NCBI RefSeq assembly: GCF_009834535.1
Contig: NC_045697.1
Coordinates: 92,568,001 to 92,632,000, forward strand
Reading direction: 5' to 3'
Length of the DNA stretch: 64,000 nucleotides
Source: Camelus ferus
Lineage: Eukaryota
Shown here piece by piece: positions 12,161 to 25,430 of the stretch. The notes beneath the pieces were generated by a model that worked only from the letters and a program-made list of their open reading frames with translations, was not told where the DNA came from and did no database searches. The translations under genes were made by a program, and so were the position numbers. The first letter of the stretch is position 1. Each line of letters begins with the position of its first letter.

Positions 12161-13879
12161 TTCAAATAAACAGATTCTTCAAATATGATATTCTTCTTGA
12201 AAGGCAAACTAAGATACATTTCTTTAGAATATTTTATCCATACATGTTTGACATGTAACATGTATATAAAAATTGTAATATTTTAAGATTTATTTTATAA
12301 TAATGAATGAATTAAATATGTCTCTTATGCTAGAAAGTATTATTTTGCTTATGTTTTAAAACTGTGATAACATATTAAGTTAAATATAAAAAGTGTTTAA
12401 TAGGCTTGCTACTATGGAGAAAGAAGACTTTCCATTAAGCTTAAATTTAACCAACGTTACTATATATTATATTAATTTAATGGCATTTAATAGTGTGAAA
12501 AATTGTGGCAAATATTGGCCATATGGTAAAAATAAACACAATATGCTCTTTCAAGTACACAAATTGCAGTAAAGAGTTGGAATGGAGGGCAATGTAACAA
12601 CAAAACATATATGGTGTTTATTAGGATGGGATGGGACTAGACTGCTTTCTATTGAAGATGCATTGTCTGTGAGAATACAATTCTGAAGCAGGTTTTAGTA
12701 TTTGCAGCTGGAATCCACTAACTGTATTTTGGCATCCTTTTCCAACTATGCAAATTTTTCTTTTTCAATAATTGGTTTCTCATCAAATTGGAATATGATC
12801 TGCCTCATTGACACACTCTGCCATTTATAATAGGCTATCACTAGTTTACTGTGTGCCGAAGAACTTGTTTTTAAGCAGACATTTGCTGAAGGCTAACATA
12901 TGTGCAGAAACGTGCAAAAATCTTAAGTTTAAAGATTTAATACAATTTTTGCAAAATGAACCCAATGTAACTGCCACCCAGATGACAGTAGAGAATTAGT
13001 GGTACTTAGGGACATGACCTGGACTTTTGAATTTGAAGTGTAGTGCATCGAAGCAGGGACTCTGATAGTCATCACAGAACTTGAAAGGATAGCAGTGGTC
13101 CCAGTACTTAACTACCTGTCTAAAACTACATTTTAGAGAACAAAGCACATATACCGCTAAGGTGCAGGCAAATGGAGGTAAAGTGTCCAAAGTCTTTGGA
13201 ATTTCATAGAAGTGGTGAAAGTACTTTTAATAAAAATTATAATAAACCAATGTTGTTATATCTAAAAGAACAAATTTTTGAAAAGTATAAAATAAGCCCT
13301 TCTGTTTTCTTCATAAGGTGGTACTTTTGTTTATAACTCTCCTACTTTAGTAAAGTACTTGTGAGACTCACTCATTCCTCCACACAAATGATTCAGTAAC
13401 TTTTCAGGAGAGGGGTGGGAGTTTATCATACATGTTATTCTTGACTGGAGACTTCAGAAAGCAGCCTGATGAGCCATCTGCTTCTTAGAGTAGGTTGTGA
13501 GTTCTGAAAGATAAAGACGTTTTGCTAGCATAGAATAATCTAACATATTTTCAGTGGAAAACAGGTATCTGTTGGAGACAGGAGGCTTAAGTATTATATA
13601 GATTAAGGTTAAAAATGAATTAACTTCTACTTGCAGCCTCCAAATCAAGCAAGGAGAAAAATGTATGGAGTAACTATAGAAACTGGCCATATAATAAAAT
13701 ATAAGCACAATGAGTTTCATGGTTCTTTCTAAAAGAGAAACCCGGCAGTGTCCTCCAAGAGACGGTCAAGGCTAAGTAACCGTGCCTCACTTTCTTATTT
13801 TCTTGGTACATTCACTGCCTTGACATTTCTACATCAGTTACCCTGATTCATCTTTCTGTCCTTTGTCTTCTTTACTCAG

Positions 13880-14090
13880 ACTTAACACTTAATATGTATC
13901 AAACTCTGTTCGAGTAATTTTCATTTATTCTCACAATATCCAATGAGGTAGATATCTATATAGTGGAATACTCAATATAACAAAACTGAAGCACAGAGTG
14001 TGGAAATAACCTACCCAAGGTTACATAGCTAAGTTGGTGGGATGCGATTCAAATAATCCAGTTGGTCACAAAAGCCCATATGCTTAACTG
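13880..14090 (-). mobile_element. MIR SINE relic
   Basis: aaaactgaagcacagagtgtggaaataacctacccaaggttacatagctaagttggtgg matches the MIR core. Confidence 0.7.
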
Positions 14091-14569
14091 CCACATTGCA
14101 CTACATCTCCACCTGCTGAATCACTATTTCCATCTGGATGTCTCCAGGGACTGTAAACTAAAGATGTCCAGTGTTGAACTCCTGTCGCACTCCAGTAATA
14201 CTCATTTTTCAGTTTTTCTGATGTCAGTAAATAGCATTTCCTATGTAGCAGATAAAGAAGAAAAATGATTTCTTCACGTTTCTTCCCCAGACACTTCTTA
14301 TTCATCCATCCAACATGTTTTACTGATTTTTGAACAGTTTTCTGCTTACAACTTTTTAATTACTTCATACAATCATTAAAGTGTAAAGTCTTTTATACTT
14401 TCTACAGGTCACCACTTACTGACATTAAATAATGTCCCTGATGTTGGATTCTCTGTTAGCTTAGAAATCCAGGTAAATACATGTTATAGAGACCCGTCTC
14501 CCAATTCTTAAGGTACAAGTTGACTGAGTAGAACTAAATTTGGCTGTATTAAGCTACTCACTTGTGCTT

Positions 14570-14601
<32 letters not shown>
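14570..14601. repeat. (GTT)n microsatellite
   Basis: About 10 perfect GTT units. Confidence 0.95.
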
Positions 14602-15799
14602 ATTGTTACTATAACACAATTAATGAATCTGATTAATATCCTGTATTTCTTTTTAGTAGCAGTTGAAATTCCTTCATTATTTACTTCCATTATTATTTGA
14701 AATTATTTCATTGTTTGTAAATCCCTATTTTAAAATTTCTGTTACTGGTAGCTCATAGCTTCATGGAGACAGAGCTCTTACCAGTCTAATTCATCATTGT
14801 ACTCTGTGCCTAACTTAGTCGATGGCCTACAGTAAAAGTAATAAACTCTGTGTGTGTGTATATGTTGTGTGTGTGTATACATATTTGCATATACATACAC
14901 ACACAGACCCTGGCCTCATTAATCTTATAGTCGAAAGGGAAAACCTCTTAAGTGGAAAGTAGGAATACAAATTACAATATTACAAATTGCTACTATCTTC
15001 CAAGGGAGAAATGCAAAATAATACTGCAACTCACAGAAAGAGATGCTAAAGGGGAGTCTCACTGTGTGGGCATTTAACTTACGAGTTGGATTCAAACCTA
15101 AAATATTTTAATTCACAAAAGAACAAACACGCCCATTAATTTGCATGAAGTTTAAAAACACTTAATGCTAAAGTGGAATGAAATATACACTGCAGGCAAG
15201 TACCAATACATTAGAACTTTCTGTCTCAGCTGTTCACCATTAAATATTTTATAATTTTAAGACAGATTATTTAAAATGTTCAATTACCTATTTATATATT
15301 TGCTTTTGCTTGAACAGTTCAGTGTAGCTGAGCAGTTTCCAAAATTGAATATGCATATAAATTACTATACGAAGTTGTATTATACAAAGTTATGTTAGCC
15401 ACTGATTGTATGAAATTAAGAAAATTTCAAAAAAAATTACTCTGTTAGTTTTAACTTATCCTTTCACTTGAGAATCCAAGTAAGAAGGGATTTTATAGTG
15501 CTATGGAAGGAAACTATAGTTCAGCTAATACTTAAAAAACTGAGAAGGAGTTGGCTAGCTGACAACACACGTGAAAGCCTAGAGGAAATGGAGAGGTTGA
15601 CTTTGTGGAGAAATTTAGAAAATAATATGTATGCAATTTGAATATGTGTGGGAAGTTTAGGGGATAGAAATAAGGCTGAAGAGATGTATGTTGCTGAAGG
15701 ATTTGTAATCTACACTAAGTTTTGTTTGAAGAAAATGGGAAATCACTGGAAAGTTTTAAACAATGAAAAGGCTTCTTTATAATTTGAGTTTTCATTTCT

Positions 15800-16269
15800 C
15801 AAAAAAACAGACATAATCTTTGAGCTAATGAAGTTAATGGTCTAGTGGACTCCAATAAGCAAGATCACAGTTTCATTTCAAAAGTATCATTTTGAATGAT
15901 TTATAGGGTATACAAGTGTACAGTGGATTTTTCCAGAGGCTACATAAAATATGATTTTGCAATAAATTGAACATCAAAGTAGACATGAGAATCCAGCTGA
16001 TGCTATTAATCCAGAAACTAAATTGATTTGCAAAAAAAGTAAAACACTGCAATTTCTATAATTTTTGTTTTATAAACTAGTTATTTTTCATAAAAATATA
16101 ATTTAATATATGTTTAATATCAATTAGCTAAGAAATATTTTTAAAATTCTAATATCTAATGTAGTAAATATAAATAGATATAAACATGACAAGAGTAAAC
16201 AAAGGTATTTTGGTGTCCTCAATAATTGAGTTTCAAGAGGTCCTGAAACCAAAACTTTTGAGATCCAGT
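15800..16269 (+). mobile_element. hAT-Charlie DNA transposon fragment (Charlie1-like 3' end)
   Basis: tttccagaggctacat, atgagaatccagctg, tttggtgtcctcaataatt and terminal gtcctgaaaccaaaacttttgagatccagt resemble the Charlie1 end. Confidence 0.75.
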
Positions 16270-17249
16270 CTTCTATTGCATCGATAATTTAAGTTAAAAC
16301 TTTTTAAAAAATCTGTACCTTGGCCTTTTTTTTTTTCTTTTTGGTAGCCTATGCAATAAACAATACCTAATTAGCAACAGGGAAATATTTTTATTTATAT
16401 GAGATTCTCTAAAACACAGAAAAATTTTAAGCAAATTTTCTTTTTATGTTAGAGAATCTGTGCTATCTATATAACTTACACATTTATACTGAGCCAAAAA
16501 TAAAACTTTTTGAATTTTAAAAAATGTTTAATGCATTGATAACTTTATAGAACATCTGTTGTCTTCCTGTCTTATGCAATTATTTATTCCTATGGAAGAA
16601 ACTGCTTTAGATCCAGAAAATCTTACCTTCAGATAAAGATATTCTAACAGTTAAAATTATTGACATAATAAACCTACCCACTATAGAATACATATATTAG
16701 AGCTCTCTATATGTAGGAAAATTCATATTTTAAAGAATGTTCAAGCCAAATGAAAGTGTTCAAGTCAAATGAGAGAAGTAAAAATTTTAAAGAAAAAAAA
16801 TTGGAAGGGAAGAAACAGATTCATTAATGTGAATATGCATCAGTGTAGAGTGGTTTTGTACCAGGTTACCTTTCTCACTCCTTTTTCTTGTCTCTACCGT
16901 TTCCTCACCTAGTAATTTATCAGTAATTATGATTTGGAAAATTGGGACAGAGTCTGAAAAAGTCTTAAGATTTACAGTTGCATAATATTCTCTTTCAACT
17001 TGAAGTTGGAGAGAAAACTTTAAATCAAGTCTGTCTATCAGAAGATCTGATTCCAGGATACGTGCATTATTTGAGGAAGGGCTTGTATGGGCAATGCAGA
17101 GAGCTTGGGAGGCAACCTGAATTCAGAAATTCAAGGCAAAGAATTGATATTATTTCCATCACTCACAGCCAATTACCAGTTGTTTCCTGAGTATTTTAGA
17201 TTATGAAGAGCATTCCCCAAATACTAACATTTTCTATAGTTTGAGACAC

Positions 17250-17480
17250 ACAAAGGTATAGTGGGAAATTTGGGGACTTTTATTCAAATTAGCTGGACAA
17301 CTAATTAAATTCTGTCACTTAGTCAATGGGTGAATGTAGGTAAATTATCTACATATGTTAGACTGATTTCTCATCATGACAATGAGTATAGAATTACTTT
17401 TCAGAGAGTTGGTGGGTTTTAATAACATGTATGAATATGCTAGAACAGTCCAAATCATACAGTAGGTATGCAATAATTTT
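17250..17480 (+). mobile_element. MIR SINE relic
   Basis: ttctgtcacttagtcaatgggtgaatgtaggtaaattatcta...tttctcatc...cagagagttggtgg...cagtaggtatgcaataa. Confidence 0.55.
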
Positions 17481-18324
17481 TTTTCTGTTTTTATAATATA
17501 ACAGTATTATATTAAATGCCTAAGAGCATAAGATTTCTTAAATAATTTGGAAATATTGTTTTTAATTCAAATTATAAATTCACTATATATTAAAATTTGG
17601 TGCTAGTCTTATTAAGAGTATTAAAAAAATTCGTCACTCGTTTTCTTTGGTCTGTCAGTTTGTGGAGTGATATAATTTCTTAATCTAAGAAGTTTTAATA
17701 TCTGGTGAAACTATAATAAATATTAAAAAAATGCTTTTCTTTGTACATGAAAAGACATTTCATGATCTAGTTTTGCTGGAAATAAGATTTATTTTATTAA
17801 AAATACCACTTTATGAACAATGATTATTTACCTAAACTTTCTTCAAATGTTCTTTAATATATTTTATACATTATATCTAGCCTTTTAAATAATAATTTGA
17901 TGAATTTTCTTAGTTCACTATTTTTCTGCTGACTTGAAATTCTTAGATAAGTAAATGATTCATTTAATTTTCATAATTAAGTACTGCAAGTTCCTTTTCT
18001 ATTAATGTATTTAGCGATCTTTATCTTGAGCTATTTCTTTATTCAAGTTTTGAATTTATAGTCATACTTACAGATTTCTTGTTAAAAGTGCATTAGCTAT
18101 GATCCTAAATCAGTTTATGTCTTGTATAATTTGGCTTTGTCCTAATGCAAGGGAAAACTGATTGCTTTATAACTTTGTCTATTTAATTCTTAAAGACATA
18201 GCACAATTGTGTAACATACCAAAGGATCTAGAAGAAGAGGAAGATAAAAAAGTACACAAAAGTAATTGTGAAGTTGTTATTTTACATTTTCTTGTTTCAT
18301 TTTGTAATTTAATAATACATGCTG

Positions 18325-18383
18325 GTATGTGTATGTATGCACGCACGCACGCACGCGCGTGCACACACACACACACACACACA
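18325..18383. repeat. Compound alternating purine-pyrimidine microsatellite (GTAT)n(GCAC)n(CA)n
   Basis: 59 bp of uninterrupted R-Y alternation including several CpG steps. Confidence 0.9.
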
Positions 18384-19190
18384 ATTTAGATCTGTATTGC
18401 CTTAACAGACACATCTCCAGAAGTTCGAGGTGGCATTTGAGGCATTAACTCAAGCCAGAGAATAAAAGTAGAATATGTTTCTTGAGGTTCGGTTTACCTT
18501 AGAGCTTTTGTGGAATATATCTTATTATTTAAAATACTATAGATATATTATGGTGTTTGTGGAAGGTCTCTTGAATTTTTAAGCTAAACCCAAACATTAA
18601 GAAAAAGCACTTCTTTCACAGTGCTCCTTTGGACTAAGGCCTAATATTCCTTTGATATTAGGAGCACATCAATAGAAGTATGAGAAACATCATCTTTAAA
18701 ATATTATTATGATTTTATGTTTCTCATCATAGGTAGTCAATAATTTCATTAATTCTTCGCAGAGAATGCGCTGATGAAAAAGGTTTGCTTTACTTAGTTT
18801 ACAGGATAATACAGTCACTCAGGCTGGCAGACATGAGCCCCCATGACATAGCTCTACAATAATTCTCTGGCCTTAATTTCTATGATGCCACTAAATCTAT
18901 CTCAGTCTTCAATGAAATATGAGTCTTGAATGTGCCTGTATATTCATAGATAATTAAAAACCTGGAATGCAAATAACGTGTTTTATTTTTATTTTACAAA
19001 TCCCAAAAGAAGGGATAAAGGCATGTTCTCAATGACATCAGTCAAGTTGGTGGTCAAGCCAGATCGAGAATCCAGGTCGTCTATCATTCAGTTTCTTACT
19101 CTGTCCCATGTCTCTCCACTCATTAAAAAGCCCCTGTTCTTAATCTTGGATGTCTTTTCCCTTTTCTGACTCCTTATGATTTTACCCATA

Positions 19191-19212
19191 TTTCGAGATA
19201 ATTATCTCGAAA
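19191..19212. repeat. Perfect 22-bp palindrome
   Basis: TTTCGAGATAATTATCTCGAAA equals its own reverse complement. Confidence 0.97.
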
Positions 19213-21339
19213 CCTTTTTTTTTAAACAAGTAGATTCTAGTAGGTTCTGCTGATTATTGTAATAAATCTAATGTTTCTAATTATGCAAAGGGAAGAGCTA
19301 CCTTAAATTTCAGCTCTTCAAAGTATTGCTCACTTGTAAAATTATATGAATGCATTTCTAATTATGAATACTTTTCTAATTTATTAATATTTTGATTATA
19401 ATCACCTAAATGTTCTCACAGTGAGAATGAATACAAGTTAGGCAAATTGATCATTTGGGAGAAAATGCCTTTTCAATCACTCTGATTTCACATGAATTCC
19501 ATAAGCTTTTCAAAACTGAAGAGTGTTTGAAAAGTTAGCACAGCTTTTAATTATTGCATGTATTGCCAATTATTTGTCCTTTTACCCTTTCCTGAGGAAA
19601 CAGAAGCCTTTTCAAATAACAATGTAATGGAGATGAGACAAATCCTACATTTCTTAATAGGTGCTTTTCACTTAGATGAATCATAATCTCAAATTACTTC
19701 TAACAAGCTGTCCTGATAAAGATACACCCAATTTAAGTATAGAAAGCGGCACTAAAAGAAGCACAGAATGATTGAAATTGTTTGAGACTGCAAATCAAGT
19801 AGTTTTACGTTCACTGTCAAGTACGGTTTCTTTATTTAAATCAAAGAAATTTCTGGGTTACTTTAATTGGTAGACTATATTCATTATCAAAAGTTTCTTT
19901 TCCAAGGGAATTACATAATATGATTGAAAAATGACTAATAGAAATTGTGCGAATTTTTAATTAGGTGGCTTCTCATCCCTAAGACTCCACAGAAGGAAAT
20001 TTAGGTAAAAGAATTTTAATGAAGAAAACAGTGTTTTTCTTAGAGGCCCATTATTTATTCCTCCTCCACTATCTTTCTGTGGCTCCTTTTCACCCCTTCA
20101 GTTAATTAGAGGTACTTCAAATTTAATTGCCATTTCAGAAATTGTACAGTTCATCACTTAGCAATATTTTGGTGTAAACCCTAAACTTCCTGTACTTATT
20201 ATCATTGATGACCTCTTTGACCATTCTGTGTGCTTCTCTTTCCATATGCTGTTTTGATGGCAGTATCATTTGACCTCTTGAGGGGCCTTTCGCCCAGCTG
20301 TGTAAAAATTTACAACTATCTGGCGAGCCTCAATCCCTCACAGCTAATTATCCTTGTTCTGTGTCTGGGTTGGCATGCCTTGGCATGTCTATAATACTAA
20401 TTATGAAATGAAGGGAATTTTAAAATTCTGCTTTACATCAGATATCCAAATCACTATCCTTGTGACAAAGAAGTCATGTTCTGTTGTCCTTTGTTGTTAA
20501 ATTTGAATAAATAATTCAGATTTATTTTGCACTCAGTGGGATGCAGACTCAGGATATTTATAGATACTACGAAGTTGAAACAGTGGTTGAATTTTGCTTC
20601 TTGATAATTCTTTCCTTTATTTGTTAGGCTTAAGTTGCCTGCACTTTTTGGGAAATATCTCTGGAAAGAGATGATATTGACAGCATCAAGTTCCGAATCA
20701 CGTCTACCCCAATACCCGTAAGGTAGTGACAGTGTGCAGCCACTTGAGATATTAGAGAATCTGACCTTCCCTCTTGCACAGAATCACTGAGGTCCTGAAT
20801 ATTTCAATTGAACGTGGGTATTGTTCTTATGTTACCATATGCACTATAGTGAATAATTTCAGCAATTGCCTTTTTAAAAATAAGACTTCTTTCAAGTGAT
20901 TTATAAGAGCATTTATAGATGAGGAACAAATAACCTATTTACTTTCATTGTACTGATTTATTTTTCCATTGTTTGAGAAACTTAAGACACTAATAGAAGA
21001 GATGAAAAATAATTTCAGGGTGTAGAGTTTTTTCAAAAATTTAGGAATGTATTAGACATATAAAATAATAGAATGTTGAGCTGTAAAAGACCACTTAACA
21101 CAATGTGAGGAATCTTATAGACCTTCAGAAGGTATTTTTGAAGTGATTCCATAATCTAGTAGGCCTTCTGTTATTAGATTTTATTCCAAAGTTGTGTGTC
21201 TAAACTGACCTTATTATTCTCTAAAATAATTTATTCTGAAAATATTGGGAGACATATCCACATGAGCTTACTGTTGTATCATGTATGTTATACTACAAAG
21301 TTTTTCTCTGTGTATAGTTGTTATATAAGGATGTGCACT

Positions 21340-22285
21340 GACAATATATTATGAATTTGAAATAGCTACTGTTAATATTTTAAGTGCTCTTCTGGAAATA
21401 ATTGACAGCATTTAAGAGCAGATAGGTTCCACATATGAGCAATCTCATATGGTATTTTTCTTTCTCTTTCTGGCTTACATCACTTTGAATGACATTCTCC
21501 AGGGCCATCCATGTTGCCGCAAATGGTGTTATGTTGTCATTTTTATGGCTGAATAGTATTCCATTGTATAAATATACCACATCTTCTTTATCCAGTCATC
21601 TGTTGATGGACATTTTGGGTGTTTCCATGTCTTGGCTATTGTAAATAGTGCTGCTATGAACATTGGGGTGCAGGTGTCTTTTTGAAGTAGGGTTCCTTCT
21701 GGATATAGCCCAGGAGTGAGATAACTGCATCATATGTTAAGTCTACTCCTAGTCTAAAAAAAAAAAAAAAAAGAACATAAATACAAAACAGAAACAGACT
21801 CATAGACATAGAATACAAACTTGTGGTTGCCAAGGGGGTGGTGGGTGGGAAGGGACAGAATGGGATTTCAAAATTTGTAGATACTGACAGGCATATGTAA
21901 AATAGATAAACAAGATTATACTGTATAGCACAGGGAAATATATACAAGATCTTGTGGTAGCTCACAGCAAAAAAAGAATGTGACAATGAATATATGTATG
22001 TTCATGTATAATTGAAAAATTGGGCTCTACACTGGAATTTGACACAACATTGTAAAATGGCTATAACTCAATAGAAAAGTGTTAAAAAAATAAGAACAGA
22101 TAGGTGATGTAAGAAAAGAGGTAGAAATTGAGAAAGAATCAATAGGAAATGCTAGATACTAGAAACACTAACAGAAAGGAAGGCTATTTTTGATGGACTC
22201 ATAAGTAGACTGGACATTGCCAAGGAAAGAATCAGTGACTTTAGAGAGATATTGTACCAATAGAAACTTAACAAATTGAACTGCA
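21340..22285 (+). mobile_element. Old LINE-1 ORF1 fragment, interrupted by the younger L1 at 21428-22090
   Basis: Flanks join to read ...ttaagtgctcttctggaaataattgacagcatttaagagcagataggt|gatgtaagaaaagaggtagaaatt...tttgatggactcataagtagactggacattgccaaggaaagaatcagtga, resembling old L1M ORF1. Confidence 0.65.
21428..22090 (+). mobile_element. Young LINE-1 insertion with 5' inversion (twin priming)
   Basis: 21428-21755 is the antisense ORF2 end and 21753-22090 is the sense 3' UTR plus A tail; TSD TAAGAGCAGATAGGT (21413-21427) / TAAGAACAGATAGGT (22091-22105), 1 mismatch. Confidence 0.93.
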
Positions 22286-23749
22286 CATTTTACTTCTACC
22301 ATACTAAAATTTTACGTATCTTTGGAAGCACTAAAAATTAATTCAACTTACTGTACTTAAAGCCATCATAATTTTTCTTTGCTCAGTTAATTTGGGGAAA
22401 TATTAATGTTTATTTGGGGAAATTTTTAAATATCTTTTTCCTGAAATATTTCAAAATAAGCATGCAAGCTTCTTCCATTTCTTTTTTCTTTGTTTCTTTC
22501 TTGTTTTTTGGTCCATCAGCTAATTTAACTAGGTCACAATAATAAATAGCAGAGTTGTGATTAAACTTAGGTCTCACTGACTTCATAGTTTCATGTGTTA
22601 ATCACTGACATATATAAAAATAATTCTGTATTAAAGATGTGATTTAAATAAGAGGTAACAACTATTCTATAAAAACTTAGGAAATTTATTTAGAATTTCT
22701 GTAACCTAGTTTTTCTCATGTCTTAAGATAATTGTGCTACTGATCTAAAGGTTGTCAGAATAAAAGGAGTTAATGTATGAAATATATAAAAATCACTTAG
22801 CACTTAAGCAAGAACTCAGTACATGCTGAAAATTATCAGTCCTAGTCCATGGCAGAGAAAGCTGTCACCATTAAATGTTAAGTAAGTGAGACATAAATGT
22901 GTTTGGGTGTCTCTACAGGATTTGTTAATTTGGGAAATTTTGTAACTTGTAAAAAATTTCAACTTGTAAAAGTTGAAGTCCATATAATGATGAACATCAG
23001 GCATTCTAGAGCACACCAGACATGTGGACTAAAGCCCTGAGCAGAACCCATGCAGAACAGTCAGTAGTTAGAGACACAACCTGTCTGGCTTACTGGTTAT
23101 GTGACTTTGGACAAGTTGTTCAATCAATCAGTGACTTCTCTGAAAGGTAGTATGGCATAGTGATGAAAGGGGTAGTTTCTGGAGCTGGTTCAAGTACTGA
23201 TTCTACATCTTGCTAGCTTTGATTCCAACTCCTGGTGGTTTTCTTGGACTGTAGACATTTAAATGTTTAAATCTCTTTATCCCTTCCATTTACTACAGTA
23301 AAATGTCAAATTAAATTGATACTTATATGAAGAGTAATGTATATATAATAAAATTATAGCTTGCCACAAAATTTAAGAAATAAAAAGTAATGAAGAGTTT
23401 TATATAGTAAAGACATAAATTGCCCCAATGTTAATTTGTATGTTTTAAGTAAGTACCCATCCATTTTGAAAATATTGACCTGTTAGTTTTTGTCTCTGTG
23501 CCCAGTTGCTCCGGTACAGCTGACCACCATGGCGTGAAGTGGATCTGGTGAGAAGGCCTCTATTTTCCGTGCCTCATAAAGCATACAGTTTTGTTTTGCT
23601 CTCAGTAGGTAATGTAATACAAAAAAAAAATCCTAATATTTGAAAAAAAAAAAAAAAAGTCTTGCCTGTCATTTTGTAAATGGTAAGTGAAACCATCAGG
23701 AAAGAAATGAGAGCCTCTGTTGGTCTTTTGCCTCCAGAGATCCCCTGAG

Positions 23750-23768
23750 TACACAGGAGGTGGCGCTA
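23750..23768 (+). promoter_or_regulatory. Candidate CTCF binding motif
   Basis: TACACAGGAGGTGGCGCTA vs canonical TGGCCACCAGGGGGCGCTA; sits in a locally CpG-retaining patch. Confidence 0.4.
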
Positions 23769-24467
23769 AGGGCGGCACTCACTCCTCCGTCAGCCTCCAC
23801 GTCAGAGGAGTGATAGCAGCTGCTGCGCTGTGCTCACAGGAAACTAATTTTCTTTTGAGTCATCATCAGTTTCTTCCTGTTTTTATTTGCTCTTCTCCAT
23901 GCCCTGGGTAACCTTTCTGATAGTGTCTGCTATTTCCAGTATCTCCATATGATTTTTCTTACTGTTCCATAGTGTTCAACTCACTGTAAATATGCCAAGT
24001 TATTGCAGTTTGCCTACTGGAGATAATAAGGGGATACATTGTCGACATATTTATACTAATATACCAAATATTTAGGTGAAATGTACACTTAGAATACAAC
24101 TTGCCAAAACTGATAGAAGAAATTAAAAAATGGAAACATTGCTGTAATGTAAATAACAGAATTGGTAATAATTTTTTTTTAATCCACAATAAAAAAAGTC
24201 ACAGCCCACACAACATTACTATTAATTCTTCCAAATTTTTAGAAAGAAATAACATTCTCACAGAAACTATTTTAAGAAGTAGAAAGTAAATTCCTAACAA
24301 TATTTTTCATGTCAGCATAAACGAACCAAAAATAAAAGGACGAGATTATTCAAATAGGAGACAATTGCCTGGCAGTATCATTCATGAATACAGATACAAA
24401 AATACTTAATAAAATATGAGCAAATCGAATTCAACTATATACCTAAAGTAGATGATACATTATGAAC

Positions 24468-24834
24468 TACTATAGACTGAATGTTTGCGTTCCCCCTAAA
24501 TTTCACGTGAAACCTATTCCCCAGTACAAAAGTACTTGGAGGTGGGCCCTCTCAGAAGTGATTAGATTCCTAAGGTCAGAGCCCTCAGGAATGGAATCAG
24601 TGGCCTTGTTTAGGAGGCCCGTAGAGCAACCTTGCCCCTTTCTGCCATGTGAAGGTACAACAAGGAGCTAGCAGCCTACAAAGCAGGAAGCAGGCCCTCA
24701 CCATACCCCACATCTGCCTGCCAGCACCCTCATCTTGGACTTCTCAGCCTCCAGAACTGGGATAAATACATTTCTGTTGTTATAAGCTACCCAGTCTATG
24801 ATGTTTTTAATAGAATCCCAAGTAGACTAAGACA
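24468..24834 (+). mobile_element. MaLR solo LTR (MLT1A-like)
   Basis: Starts tactatagactgaatgtttgcgttccccctaaatt; contains ttggacttctcagcctccagaactgggataaatacatttctgttgttataagc; ends tagactaagaca. Confidence 0.85.
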
Positions 24835-25016
24835 ATCACCAAGTTGAGCTAATTCCTAGAAGGAGAAGTTCTTTATTTAAAAATCCCCAAAAATCCCCCA
24901 GTTTTTAATTTATTGAAAAGAGTAAAACAATGTAATTATCCCCCTGTATCAGAACAGAAAGTATGTACATTCACCATCCAGTCATAATGCGAAATCAGCA
25001 AAAACAAAATAAAAGT

Positions 25017-25430
25017 TGTGTTAAGTAAGATTCCCTAGAAGGACCTAGATTCCCTGAAGCAGGTATTCATATGCATGTGCCTTATTGAAAGTCTATTCTT
25101 TCAGAAGATGCTGTAAGAGAGGAAGAACAAAGGCAAGAAAAAGAGCAGAGCAAAAATAAGATTTCTAGTAAAGCTTAGCTTTAATATTATTCACAGGTAG
25201 CTTCTAGAATATAAATAGCAAAACCGATTTTTCTCTTTTGAACCAAGATGTCTGGGCTTCAATCTTCCTGTTACGCCCTTGTCTGCCACCAAAGGGGGCG
25301 TAACCTCCCACATTTCTCAAGGCCAGACAGCTTCCTGTAACCAAATGCCATGATCTGGAGAAGATTGCAGAATTTAATTATTAGCTCCAATACTTATAGC
25401 TGTGAAAAGATTATTTGGGTCATGCATTAA
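25017..25430. mobile_element. Old ERVL-type LTR relic (LTR16/LTR33-like)
   Basis: tgttaagtaagattccctagaag...gcaggtattcatatgcatgtgccttattga and gggggcgtaacctccca motifs. Confidence 0.45.

Noticed and set aside
15366..15393. loxP-like half-sites TATACGAAGTTGT and TATACAAAGTTAT
   Set aside because: They are in direct rather than inverted orientation, and the would-be left arm matches only 7/13; chance similarity in AT-rich DNA
25284..25302. Second CTCF-like motif CCACCAAAGGGGGCG
   Set aside because: Spacing is off by two bases relative to the core motif, and it lies in an LTR relic
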